From NCBI GenBank assembly GCA_016200365.1, contig JACQEW010000070.1:1-35971 (forward strand): a DNA stretch of 35,971 nucleotides, read 5' to 3'. The DNA is from Nitrospinota bacterium. Its GTDB lineage: Bacteria; Nitrospinota; Nitrospinia; UBA9942. Shown piece after piece: positions 25,854 to 34,103 of the stretch. Numbering within the stretch: the first letter of the stretch is position 1; each line of letters begins with the position of its first letter. Both the position numbers and the translations under genes were made by a program. The notes below the pieces were generated by a model. That model made no database searches. It saw only the letters and a program-made list of their open reading frames with translations, and was not told the DNA's origin.

Positions 25854-26291
25854 ATGAAAATAAAGATATTCCTTCTATCCTTAGCCATTGTGAGCATCTT
25901 TTCGCTGATAAAGTATGTCTTCTATCAGTCAGCCGGCACTGATAGTGTGATGGGAATCTCTCACAATCTCGCCTGTCCATGCGAATGCCCTATGGTTCTC
26001 GAAGACTGCCACATGAGCTGCGGGATGGAATGGAAAGATATGATAGGACAGAGGCTGATGGCAGGCGGAAACAGGGACGATATTGAAGGGTATTTCTTTA
26101 AACGGTTCGGGAAAGAGGCGATGCTTACGCCTCTCCAGAGGATAAGCGGAAAATGGTATCAAATCACGAGGGGCGGTTATCCTTTGAGCGATATTATCCT
26201 TTTTTCGGCAATACTGCTTGTATGGTCAGGTGTGCTGTATTTTATAATAAGCGGGACAATTGATTTTCTAAAAAAGAGAATAAAAACTTGA
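25854..26291 (+). CDS. CcmH/NrfF-like protein with an atypical CPCEC motif
   Basis: N-terminal signal anchor. LACPCECPMVLEDC...IGQRLMAGGNRDDIEGYFFKRFGKEAMLTP follows the CcmH layout (LRCPxC ... G ... I ... RYG ... P), and a TM helix follows. Confidence 0.55.
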   Translation: MKIKIFLLSLAIVSIFSLIKYVFYQSAGTDSVMGISHNLACPCECPMVLEDCHMSCGMEWKDMIGQRLMAGGNRDDIEGYFFKRFGKEAMLTPLQRISGKWYQITRGGYPLSDIILFSAILLVWSGVLYFIISGTIDFLKKRIKT

Positions 26292-26391
26292 TTTTACCGC
26301 AGAGATGCAGAGGCACAGAGAAAAATATAAATATTTTAAAAAGATTTTAATATCTCTGCGTCTCCGCGCCTCTGCGGTTTATAATTTCCTT
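26282..26391. repeat. About 110-bp repeat element, copy 2 (hairpin 26296-26378 plus conserved flanks)
   Basis: Same orientation and near-identical arms and flanks as 11564-11674. Confidence 0.85.
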
Positions 26392-26394
26392 GAC

Positions 26395-27189
26395 ATGAAA
26401 ATTTTAAAATTTACAATAGGTTTAATTTTACCCTTTGCAATTTTCAATATTCAATCTGCAATATCATTAGAACCTCCATTTCCACCAGACGGTATGGCTC
26501 TTGTGCCTGCCGGGGAGTTCATAATGGGCAGTAACAGGAACGAGATTGAAAAAGCTGTTAAGGATGCCGGCGGAAAAAAGGAGTGGTTTTTCGATGAAGA
26601 GCCGAAAAGGAAGGTAAACATCCCTTCTTTTTATATTGATATATACGAGGTAACAAACGAGGACTATAAAAAATTTGACCCAAACCACAGCTTCCCCTCT
26701 GATAGGGCAAAACATCCTGTAGTCAATATAACATGGAATAAGGCAAACGATTACTGTAAATGGGCAGGCAAAAGCCTGCCGACAGAGGAGGAATGGGAAA
26801 AGGCTGCAAGAGGGACAGATGAAAGGATTTATCCATGGGGAAATGAATTTGATAAACACTTAAATAATTCCTATGAATCCGGACTTGGAGGCGGTACAAG
26901 AGTTGGGCAGTTTGCTTTAGAAACATCAGGGGCCGCTGGTTTTGGAGGGACAACTGAGGTAGGGACATACAAAGATGGAAAGAGTCCTTACGGTGTATAC
27001 GATATGGCGGGAAATGTCTGGGAGTGGACAGATAACTGGTATAATAAAGAGAGAAATCTTAAGGTTATTAAAGGCGGGTCATGGCAGAGCCCTTCAATAA
27101 GCACAAGGAGCGCTGCGAGACTCGGCGAAAATCCTAACATGGAATCCAATGATTACGGATTCAGGTGTGCAAAGGACTACAAAAATTAG
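26395..27189 (+). CDS. Exported FGE-sulfatase family protein, paralog 3
   Basis: ATG at 26395 gives the signal peptide MKILKFTIGLILPFAIFNIQSA. YEVTNEDYKKF, GKSLPTEEEWEKAARGTDERIYPWGN, GNVWEWT, KGGSW, GFRCAK. The track start 26305 lies inside the hairpin. Confidence 0.85.
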   Translation: MKILKFTIGLILPFAIFNIQSAISLEPPFPPDGMALVPAGEFIMGSNRNEIEKAVKDAGGKKEWFFDEEPKRKVNIPSFYIDIYEVTNEDYKKFDPNHSFPSDRAKHPVVNITWNKANDYCKWAGKSLPTEEEWEKAARGTDERIYPWGNEFDKHLNNSYESGLGGGTRVGQFALETSGAAGFGGTTEVGTYKDGKSPYGVYDMAGNVWEWTDNWYNKERNLKVIKGGSWQSPSISTRSAARLGENPNMESNDYGFRCAKDYKN

Positions 27190-27219
27190 AAGTCAGAAGC
27201 CAGAAGTCAGAAGTCAGAA
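27188..27219. repeat. Four and a half AGAAGTC-type heptads (single arm)
   Basis: Counted directly. I found no complementary arm nearby. The repeat overlaps the stop codon of paralog 3. Confidence 0.75.
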
Positions 27220-27233
27220 TAAAACAATATTTA

Positions 27234-28055
27234 ATGAAACCTTTCAAGAAAATATTAATCACCTCGATTATAATCCTCGCCATCTCCATACCGGCTGTTT
27301 TCCTCGTAAAATCCGAAGGCTCTGGTATCAAGGATGACATTGATTACCTCTACAGTTTAACAAGGCTTCTTATGTTCAGATATTCCGTGATAGACAAATT
27401 AAGCGAAAAAGAGGCAGCGGTTTTATATCAGCAAAAATGCTACCGCAAGTGTCATGGTGAAGAAGTCATACGGGCAGCAGTATTGCCTCCTGCCGGCTGG
27501 ATACAAGTAGTGGATAAGATGAGGATGGAGAAAGGTGTGAAGATGTCGGGCAAGGAAGTAGATGTCATAACAAATTACCTGAAAGAGACCTATCCTGTCC
27601 TGCAATCCACATTGCCTTACAAGATTGTAAAACAGATACACCGCCTCCTATGGAGAAACGACATAGGGTACGGAGATGTATATGCGGATATTATTTATGC
27701 CACACCTCAATACCTTAAATCCATAAGCGCTCCCGAATTAATAAAAAAATATGATGCCGAAAACAATATGGTGTTCATAATAAGCCTTAATGTCCATGAC
27801 GGCAGGCTCGAGCATTATTCCCTTGACGAGATGACATTTTTAAGGGTAAATAATAAAGAATACCCTGCAAATAAGGGATGGGAATTGAGATTTGAGACAG
27901 GCGACAATCATCACAGGGAGGGTATCGTAAAATTCAAAAAAGATATAATTACCGAAAATGCAGAATACTTTGAATTAATCATCAGAAACATGGCTGTCCA
28001 TCACGACAGGGTTTTCAGATGGGATTTGCCGATTGTGTATCCGGAGGGAATATGA
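27234..28055 (+). CDS. Signal-anchored protein with a CX3CH motif (possible atypical heme site)
   Basis: ATG at 27234 (MKPFKKILITSIIILAISIPAVF). KCYRKCHGEEVIRAAVLPPAGW resembles the CTQCHDTERIAKYCHRCGPP region of 22986..23540. I recognise nothing in the C-terminal 170 aa. Confidence 0.7.
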   Translation: MKPFKKILITSIIILAISIPAVFLVKSEGSGIKDDIDYLYSLTRLLMFRYSVIDKLSEKEAAVLYQQKCYRKCHGEEVIRAAVLPPAGWIQVVDKMRMEKGVKMSGKEVDVITNYLKETYPVLQSTLPYKIVKQIHRLLWRNDIGYGDVYADIIYATPQYLKSISAPELIKKYDAENNMVFIISLNVHDGRLEHYSLDEMTFLRVNNKEYPANKGWELRFETGDNHHREGIVKFKKDIITENAEYFELIIRNMAVHHDRVFRWDLPIVYPEGI

Positions 28056-28651
28056 TTAAATTTTCAATTTCCAATTTCCAATTTCCAATTTTATATCTAA
28101 AATCTAAAATTCAAAATTTGGTAGCCGCAGGCTTCAGCCTGCGTAATTCACTCACCCTAAAGGGTGCGGCTGCCTTATTCCTTTTGTTTCTTATAGTCAT
28201 AAGCTGCAGCAGCCCCGAATCAACTTCAACTAAACCCCAAACTTCAAAACCTGCGTCTGATTTTGCATTAAAAGACATCACAGGCAAAGAAGTAAAACTG
28301 GGCAGTCTCAAAGGGAAGGCGGTGATGGTCAATTTCTGGGCAACATGGTGTTATCCGTGCAGGGAGGAGATACCCGACCTCCAGAAAAGTTACGAAGAAA
28401 ATAAAGATAAGGGATTTATAATCCTCGGAGTCAATATAAAAGAGAACGAATCGAAGGTATCGAAGTTTGCAGAAGATTATAAGATAACCTATCCTGTCCT
28501 CCTCGATATTGACGGCTCTGTCAGTAATAAATATCAGGTATTCGGAGTCCCAATGAGCTTCTTCATAGATAAAAACGGCATTATAAAAGACAGCTTCGTA
28601 GGCATGATGACGAAAGAGGATATAGCAAAGAGGCTGGAGGCTATACTTTAG
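28052..28651 (+). CDS. TlpA/ResA-like thiol:disulfide oxidoreductase lipoprotein (canonical WCYPC)
   Basis: NFWATWCYPCREEIP, YQVFGVPMSFFID, lipobox LIVISC. The ATG at 28052 has a GGAGGG RBS and an ATGA overlap with the upstream stop. Confidence 0.85.
   Translation: MIKFSISNFQFPILYLKSKIQNLVAAGFSLRNSLTLKGAAALFLLFLIVISCSSPESTSTKPQTSKPASDFALKDITGKEVKLGSLKGKAVMVNFWATWCYPCREEIPDLQKSYEENKDKGFIILGVNIKENESKVSKFAEDYKITYPVLLDIDGSVSNKYQVFGVPMSFFIDKNGIIKDSFVGMMTKEDIAKRLEAIL
28064..28091. repeat. About four TTTCCAA heptads (complement of TTGGAAA), translated as ISNFQFPI
   Basis: Read directly. They lie inside the 5' end of the TlpA-like lipoprotein gene. Confidence 0.75.
28120..28173. repeat. Multi-stem element, copy 1 (GTAGCCGCAGGC-TTCA-GCCTGCG ... 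CACCC-TAAA-GGGTG-CGGCTGC)
   Basis: Two small hairpins are enclosed by outer GTAGCCG/CGGCT(A/G)C pairing. The second copy is at 35357-35445. Here the element is translated as VAAGFSLRNSLTLKGAA. Confidence 0.75.
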
Positions 28652-28776
28652 GCTTTCACTGACAAAAACAAGGATTAAGGGGTAAGCAATCTAATCCCTT
28701 GCCCCTTATGTTAAGTCTGTGTAAATCTGTGCCTGTGCGTTGCACGCAGACAGGGCTGATTATTTTCTTTTTCGAT

Positions 28777-29787
28777 CTATTGCTTCCTGAAGGTAATTTG
28801 ATACTTCAGTTCCTTCTGAGCGGCAAGCCATTCAAGTGGTTTTCCGTCAACCTCTGCGTATGGATACATAAAGCCATAAGGTATTGGACCACCCTTTTGG
28901 GGAGGACTGAGGCAATAGCCTTTAGTCCCTCTTGTTAAGGCAATTCTATATTCATCCACTGCACCGAAATAGTAATCGCGATACTTCCGCGCTTGCTCTA
29001 AGTCCAGTTTCTCTGTGAGCATTGCCTTTCTTACATCAGCAGGGTCAACAGGAATCCAGCCATAATTTGGGAGGTAAAACTCCGTCCAACAGTGGTGACC
29101 GCCTGTAATGTCCTCTCCATCCTTTTTGCCGAGCCTCAGACCATAGACTTCTCTCGACGGAACTCCGGCAGCCCTTGCAACAGCCACAAATACACCGCTG
29201 ATGTCGGCGCATTTGCCGCCCTTTTCCGACAGTATCCTCTCGACATCGCCTGTTCCGCACCCCTTGATATTCGGATCTCTGAATGTATTTTCGACAGTCC
29301 AGTCATAAACAGCCTTTGCCTTTTCGATGATGCTCTTTTTACCATCGGTGATGCTTGATGCTATCTCCTTCACCTTTCCATCAATCGGAGTAAAGGGAGA
29401 GCCTTTTAGATATTCTCCGACCTCAGCAGGAATATCGGGTTCCTGAGATTGAAAATCCTTCCTGACCCTTTCTATACTCTTCGCTTGAAAGGTAAGCGTA
29501 AGAAATCTTTCCTTTGCAGGCTTTGTCCATTCTGCATAGAGGGCGAGGTCTCCTTCTTCCTTCTGGGGATAAACTTTGCTAAAAGAAAAATTGCCGTAAA
29601 TTTTTATATCCTCTATTGTCTGCTCGCCATCTGTTTTGGGATAGGGAAGCCAGAGCCTTACATCTTTGCTCTCTTCAGGCGCATCAATAGTTACTTTAAA
29701 AATAACCTCTCCCTGCGCCTCTATTGTATAGGAGATACCGAAAAGAAAAGGCAATACCATCATTCCCAAAAAAATCCTTTTAAACAT
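28777..29787 (-). CDS. Exported transglutaminase-like cysteine protease-fold protein
   Basis: Signal peptide. The transglutaminase core is GGKCADISGVFVAVARAAGVPSR ... GHHCWTEFYLPNYGWIPVDPAD (Cys/His/Asp). GGAGG RBS. Confidence 0.85.
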   Translation of the reverse strand: MFKRIFLGMMVLPFLFGISYTIEAQGEVIFKVTIDAPEESKDVRLWLPYPKTDGEQTIEDIKIYGNFSFSKVYPQKEEGDLALYAEWTKPAKERFLTLTFQAKSIERVRKDFQSQEPDIPAEVGEYLKGSPFTPIDGKVKEIASSITDGKKSIIEKAKAVYDWTVENTFRDPNIKGCGTGDVERILSEKGGKCADISGVFVAVARAAGVPSREVYGLRLGKKDGEDITGGHHCWTEFYLPNYGWIPVDPADVRKAMLTEKLDLEQARKYRDYYFGAVDEYRIALTRGTKGYCLSPPQKGGPIPYGFMYPYAEVDGKPLEWLAAQKELKYQITFRKQ

Positions 29788-29809
29788 AAATTACCTCCGT
29801 AATAATTTC

Positions 29810-30703
29810 TTATTCAAAAAATGTCCCAGACTCGATATTCTTTTGAATTTGGTTTATATATCCTTCCCCATATTTCATGAAGCGAATCATCTCATCCCCG
29901 CCGAGGTCGGAGACCATAGAGTAGCCCATATTCCCCTCCCTCCAGAAAAGCACATTGAATCCCTTAAATGTTTCGATAAATATCTCTTTGTCCCCCTCTT
30001 TTATTATTCTCCCTTCAGGGAGTTTCAGGTTGTTTATGTCGAATATGAAAAGGGATAATTTATGCCCGTTTTTATCGAAGGCAATGTATGCAACCCTCCT
30101 CTCCTTTAGATAACGGAGGTTTACCTGCGGCGAGCCTATGCCCTGCCATGACAGTCCCGGCACCTCAAACTCCCTTGACAACTCGGTGCTGCCGGACGGC
30201 ATCTGCCCGTCAAATATATCCACAATAGTATTGTTGAGATGATTATTAACGGATTTTACGGCAATCGGCGATGCAGAGACCCTATCGGAGAAATAATACA
30301 TAGGCACGATAACCAATAAAACAAGCGCGGCAACAGCAGAGGCAGTATAGACATGCTTTAAGGTAAACCCCGTTAGAAAGGACGGGGCTTTAACCTCGCT
30401 TTTTCTATAAGGAATCGAAATTTCTAACGGGGTAAAGGGGAAAAATCTCTCTATAAAGCTTTCTTTTCTTTCTCTTTCTTCTATCAAGCCGATTATTCTA
30501 TTTTTTAAATAGAATGGCGATTTTTCTTTCTCTGCTTCTCCTGATAGTGATTTCGAGAGCTTTACAATCTCAAGCTCCTTCCTGCATCTCTCGCACCCGG
30601 CAATATGGTTTTTGACCCTGTCAGCCTTCCGACCCTTTAACTCCCCGTCCAAAATTGCGCTGATATATTGATTTACAGACTTACAATCGGTTTTAAAAAA
30701 CAT
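29810..30703 (-). CDS. Anti-sigma factor (zf-HC2) with one TM helix and a periplasmic domain
   Basis: HIAGCERCRKELE fits the H-x3-C-x2-C motif. TM helix ASAVAALVLLVIVPMYYF. It lies in the ECF sigma operon. AAGGAG RBS. Confidence 0.8.
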   Translation of the reverse strand: MFFKTDCKSVNQYISAILDGELKGRKADRVKNHIAGCERCRKELEIVKLSKSLSGEAEKEKSPFYLKNRIIGLIEERERKESFIERFFPFTPLEISIPYRKSEVKAPSFLTGFTLKHVYTASAVAALVLLVIVPMYYFSDRVSASPIAVKSVNNHLNNTIVDIFDGQMPSGSTELSREFEVPGLSWQGIGSPQVNLRYLKERRVAYIAFDKNGHKLSLFIFDINNLKLPEGRIIKEGDKEIFIETFKGFNVLFWREGNMGYSMVSDLGGDEMIRFMKYGEGYINQIQKNIESGTFFE

Positions 30704-30732
30704 AAATATCTCCTTAACCGCCTATTCGGTTT

Positions 30733-30757
30733 CGGCAAAAAATGTCATTTTTTGCCG
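30733..30757. promoter_or_regulatory. Perfect 25-bp palindrome CGGCAAAAAATG-T-CATTTTTTGCCG
   Basis: Read directly. It lies between the cytochrome c'-like stop and the anti-sigma start, and shares its core with 21282-21304. Confidence 0.4.
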
Positions 30758-30767
30758 CACTATTCGC

Positions 30768-31247
30768 TCAGTGCCTGAATTTTTCATGGCAGATATTGCA
30801 GCTTTCAATCAGAGGAGAAAGATCCGCAAGCGCCTTGTCTCTGTTTCCAGCCATGGCATCGGCGGATAGTTCGTCCGCTTTTGTGTGCATTGCCTTGCCG
30901 ACGGTTAAAAAATCTTTACCTGCCTCCCCCGCAGACTCGCCGAATATAGAACACATTTTTTCCTCCGACTCATTCCATCCAAGGTTTCCCTTTGCAATTT
31001 TAGCGGCTTTTTCCAGTTCGTTTGCCGCAAGGGCAGCGGTAATCTTGCCTAACGCATCCAGATGCCCCCTCATTATGCTTTTATGCATCGCCTTCATAGA
31101 CTCCGCCATTTTCAGTTCTATTCGCGTATCGGATTTATGTCCTCCCTCTTTCATCATCGTCTCGTGCATATGAGAATGATCCGACGCAAATGAAACGGCT
31201 GCCGCAAAAATACCGGTTACTGCCGTAACTAACATTGTTTTTTTCAT
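30768..31247 (-). CDS. Exported class II (cytochrome c'/c556-like) four-helix-bundle cytochrome
   Basis: Signal peptide, helical Ala/Lys/Met-rich sequence, and a single CXXCH at the extreme C-terminus (CNICHEKFRH), as in class II cytochromes. GGAGGGGG RBS. Confidence 0.7.
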   Translation of the reverse strand: MKKTMLVTAVTGIFAAAVSFASDHSHMHETMMKEGGHKSDTRIELKMAESMKAMHKSIMRGHLDALGKITAALAANELEKAAKIAKGNLGWNESEEKMCSIFGESAGEAGKDFLTVGKAMHTKADELSADAMAGNRDKALADLSPLIESCNICHEKFRH

Positions 31248-31272
31248 TTTAACCCCCTCCTTTTTTTAAAAG

Positions 31273-31364
31273 CTGCAAGTTGCAATTTGCAAACTGCAAG
31301 CAAAACCCAAAATCCGATTTAGGATTTTTGACCCAAATCCAGATTTTCTAAATCGGGATTTGGG
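31273..31364. repeat. TTGCAA-type heptads followed by the imperfect inverted repeat CCCAAAATCCGATTTAG / CTAAATCGGGATTTGGG
   Basis: Heptads CTGCAAG TTGCAAT TTGCAAA CTGCAAG at 31273-31300. The inverted-repeat arms 31306-31322 and 31348-31364 match at 15 of 17 positions. The element sits directly after the ECF sigma stop. Confidence 0.65.
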
Positions 31365-31366
31365 CT

Positions 31367-31915
31367 TCATAAATATCCTCTCTTCTTTGCATATTCCGTC
31401 AGGTTTTTGTAGAGGAGCTTCCTGCCCCTGTGCAGTCTCGACATTATCGTTCCTTCGGGGCATTTCAAAATATCGGCTATCTCCCGATAAGAAAACCCCT
31501 CTACATCGGACAAGAGGATAACATCCCTGAACTCCTCCGGAAGCGCATCGAGAGACGCCTTGACCTCATCATCCAGAACATCCTTTGAAAGGGCATCGGA
31601 TATATCGCCTTGCAATATCGGGCTGCCGCTTTCTATAACCTGCCCGATAAATTGCTCAACGCTGTGAAAATCTACGCTCTCCGGCTCTTTTTTCTTTTTC
31701 CTGTATATATTTATAAAGGTGTTTCTCAATATACTGAAGAGCCATGCCTTTATATAGGTATCTTTTTTATACTTATGAAAAAACTTATAAGCCCTTAAAT
31801 ATGTCTCCTGAACCAGATCCTCTGACTCACCTGCATCCCCTGTTAATTTAAGGGCGAAATTAAAAAGAGAATCAATGTGCGGGAGGGCTGTCTCCTCAAA
31901 CTCCTTTTTTTTCAC
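31367..31915 (-). CDS. ECF (sigma-70 family, group IV) sigma factor
   Basis: Region 2 reads DLVQETYLRAYKFF and region 4 reads YREIADILKCPEGTIMSRLHRGRKLL. GTG start at 31915. Confidence 0.9.
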   Translation of the reverse strand: MKKKEFEETALPHIDSLFNFALKLTGDAGESEDLVQETYLRAYKFFHKYKKDTYIKAWLFSILRNTFINIYRKKKKEPESVDFHSVEQFIGQVIESGSPILQGDISDALSKDVLDDEVKASLDALPEEFRDVILLSDVEGFSYREIADILKCPEGTIMSRLHRGRKLLYKNLTEYAKKRGYL

Positions 31916-32163
31916 CTATCCCCTCATGAATATAAAAAACAAATATTTTATAAAAATTATTCCCATCAGGATATTTTTTTAAGATATAATAACACATATC
32001 TTACAGCTTCGACAGATTACATGCCATTTCTCTCTCTCATAAGGAGGTATGGTGAGTAAAGCGACCAAGCCCTTTTGCTTTTTTAGAAAGGAGGTGCAAT
32101 AGAAGAAAGTTAAGAGTTAAGAATTAAGAGTTAATAGTTAATAGCAAAAGGAGGAGATTTTAA

Positions 32164-33537
32164 ATGAAAAATATCTGCAAGTTATTCGGAAAAACCCTTA
32201 TTATTTTAACCCTTTTACTTTTTGGCTCTGCCGAGGCAGCGGTCATATCCGTCCCTTTGCAGTTTAAGAGCATTCAGGAGGCGGTTAATGCTGCATCTTC
32301 GGGTGATACGGTTCAGGTCTCTGCCGGCGTCTATAAAGAGCAAATCAAATTGAAGACGGGCGTAACAGTAAAAGGCGAAGGGTATGAAAAGACGACAATA
32401 GACGGCAGCAAGAAGGACGGCAGCGTAGTTGTCGGGGCAAGCGATGCCGTAATCGAAGGATTTACCATTAGGAACAGCGGTATCAGGGGCAGGCAGGGCG
32501 ATGCCATGGACGCAGGCATAAAGATAGACAGCGCTGCTATGGCGGTATTGAACAACAGGATTATAAATAACAATGCAGGCATCCTGTCATTTCACGGCTC
32601 GACCTCGCTCATTGCAAATAATATAATAGAGGAGAATGAGAATTTCGGCATCTATCTCATCTATTCAAACCCACTCATCGAAAACAATATCGTGTATCGA
32701 AACAAGGTTCGCGGTATCTTCTGCGCCTATTCAAAGCCTGAAATAGTGAATAATACCATCGTTGCCAACCCGACCGGTATATACACTGAAGTATCGAGCT
32801 CTGTAATTAAAAATAATATTATTACAGATTCCGATGCTATTGGGTTTCAGATAGCGGAATCGCCGAGGGACCAGAAGGGCGTAGAGCCTTATTTATCTTA
32901 CAATGTCTTTTATAATAATGGACATGACCTTTCCAATGTGGAGAAAGGGGAAGGCGATATTACGAAAGATCCATTATTTGCAGATGGAGCAAAAAGGGAT
33001 TTCAGGTTAAAACCGAATTCCCCTGCGGCAAATGCCGGCGACCCTGATCCAAAATATAATGACCCTGATAGAAGCAGGGCAGATGCAGGCGCTTTCGGGG
33101 GTTCCCATGCAGCCGGCAAGGAAAAAAGCAGGAACTGGACAGCTTTTAAAAAATCAAAAGAAGGTGAGGCTGTTGCAATAGAGAAGAACTATATGACAGC
33201 CCGCAGCCTCAGCGAGAAAGGGTCAAAGGGCTATAAAGAGGAAAATACCAGGGTCAACTATTACAGCTACTGCGCCCCTTGTCATGGACAGACAGGAAAA
33301 GGTGACGGCCCCCTTGCAGAAAGTCTGGAGCAGGGAGTTGTGCCTCGAGATCATACGAGTGCGGAATATTTTTCCCAAAAGACAGATGATGAGATTTTTG
33401 AAGTGATAAAACACGGCGGTGTAAAGGCGGGATTCAGCGAGACAATGCCGCCCTTTGACGGACAGATTTCCGATGACGCTATGAGAGACCTTGTAAAATT
33501 CATAAGGGAGCTCTGCAATTGTCAGTATAAGAAGTAA
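32164..33537 (+). CDS. Exported right-handed parallel beta-helix (NosD/CASH-like) protein fused to a C-terminal monoheme cytochrome c domain
   Basis: Signal peptide. Repeated beta-helix rungs (ITIRNSGIRG, IINNNAGILSF, IIEENENFGIYLIYS, IVYRNKVRGIFCAYS, TIVANPTGIYTE). The C-terminus has YCAPCHGQTGKGDGP ... TMPPF. AGGAGG RBS. Confidence 0.85.
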   Translation: MKNICKLFGKTLIILTLLLFGSAEAAVISVPLQFKSIQEAVNAASSGDTVQVSAGVYKEQIKLKTGVTVKGEGYEKTTIDGSKKDGSVVVGASDAVIEGFTIRNSGIRGRQGDAMDAGIKIDSAAMAVLNNRIINNNAGILSFHGSTSLIANNIIEENENFGIYLIYSNPLIENNIVYRNKVRGIFCAYSKPEIVNNTIVANPTGIYTEVSSSVIKNNIITDSDAIGFQIAESPRDQKGVEPYLSYNVFYNNGHDLSNVEKGEGDITKDPLFADGAKRDFRLKPNSPAANAGDPDPKYNDPDRSRADAGAFGGSHAAGKEKSRNWTAFKKSKEGEAVAIEKNYMTARSLSEKGSKGYKEENTRVNYYSYCAPCHGQTGKGDGPLAESLEQGVVPRDHTSAEYFSQKTDDEIFEVIKHGGVKAGFSETMPPFDGQISDDAMRDLVKFIRELCNCQYKK

Positions 33538-33546
33538 AATTTTTAC

Positions 33547-33588
33547 CCCCTTACCCCTCCCATAATCGAGGGGTAAGGGGCATTTTTT
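33547..33588 (+). terminator. Intrinsic terminator
   Basis: A 13-bp perfect stem CCCCTTACCCCTC / GAGGGGTAAGGGG with an 8-nt loop, followed by TTTTTT (33583-33588). Confidence 0.8.
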
Positions 33589-33600
33589 GGCAGGCGAGAA

Positions 33601-34041
33601 TTAGGAAGTCTCAATCTCGTTTTTATCTTTTCTGTGAGGGTAAAGTGCATCTATCGTTGATTTAACGGCGAGCTTAGCCTGCTGATTTATCCCTCTGAAT
33701 ATAGCAAGGAGTTTTTCGATATACTTTTGTTCTAAATCCGTAATTACACCTTTACCAGCCTTGTATTTTGAAGGAAATTCGGCAATTCGACTGGTCTGCA
33801 TCTTTTTGACCCCAGAGATCTCGTTAATCTTAAGGAGCAATTCATCTCTAAACAATTCTCCTAATCTATCCTCAAGAAATGTCTGCCGATTTTTACCTAT
33901 TCCCTTTCTTCCCTTTAAGGTGTCATTTAGGTCAGAGGGGGCCCAACCCAGCATCTGTGCCAGCCCATTCTGATTGATGCCTTTCTTTTCCATATAAGCA
34001 AAAAGGGCTTCAACAATTGCTCTTTCCATGAGGGTATTCAT
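33601..34041 (-). CDS. XRE-like helix-turn-helix protein
   Basis: KKGINQNGLAQMLGWAPSDLNDTLKGRKGIG resembles an HTH_3 motif. The gene is divergent from the caspase-like gene. Confidence 0.6.
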   Translation of the reverse strand: MNTLMERAIVEALFAYMEKKGINQNGLAQMLGWAPSDLNDTLKGRKGIGKNRQTFLEDRLGELFRDELLLKINEISGVKKMQTSRIAEFPSKYKAGKGVITDLEQKYIEKLLAIFRGINQQAKLAVKSTIDALYPHRKDKNEIETS

Positions 34042-34103
34042 TGCCTTTGAGATTACCCTTTATCTGATGCCAATTCAATTCTCAAATAAAGTGAACTTTT
34101 TGC

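Noticed and set aside
26388-26417. TTGACA-N16-TACAAT promoter-like sequence at the start of FGE paralog 3
   Set aside because: It overlaps the proposed ATG (26395) and would lie inside the coding region. It is probably a chance match in AT-rich sequence.
28671-28776. Terminator candidates between the convergent TlpA-like and transglutaminase-like genes
   Set aside because: I could find only short imperfect stems (GGATTA/TAATCC, CCTGTGCGT/ACGCAGACAGG). Their pairing was ambiguous, and a T-rich run appears only on one side. That is too weak to annotate.
32049-32102. A 17-codon small ORF (MVSKATKPFCFFRKEVQ) preceded by AAGGAGG
   Set aside because: The Shine-Dalgarno sequence ends only 1 nt before the ATG, which is too close. 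No conservation can be assessed. It may simply be leader sequence of the divergent region.
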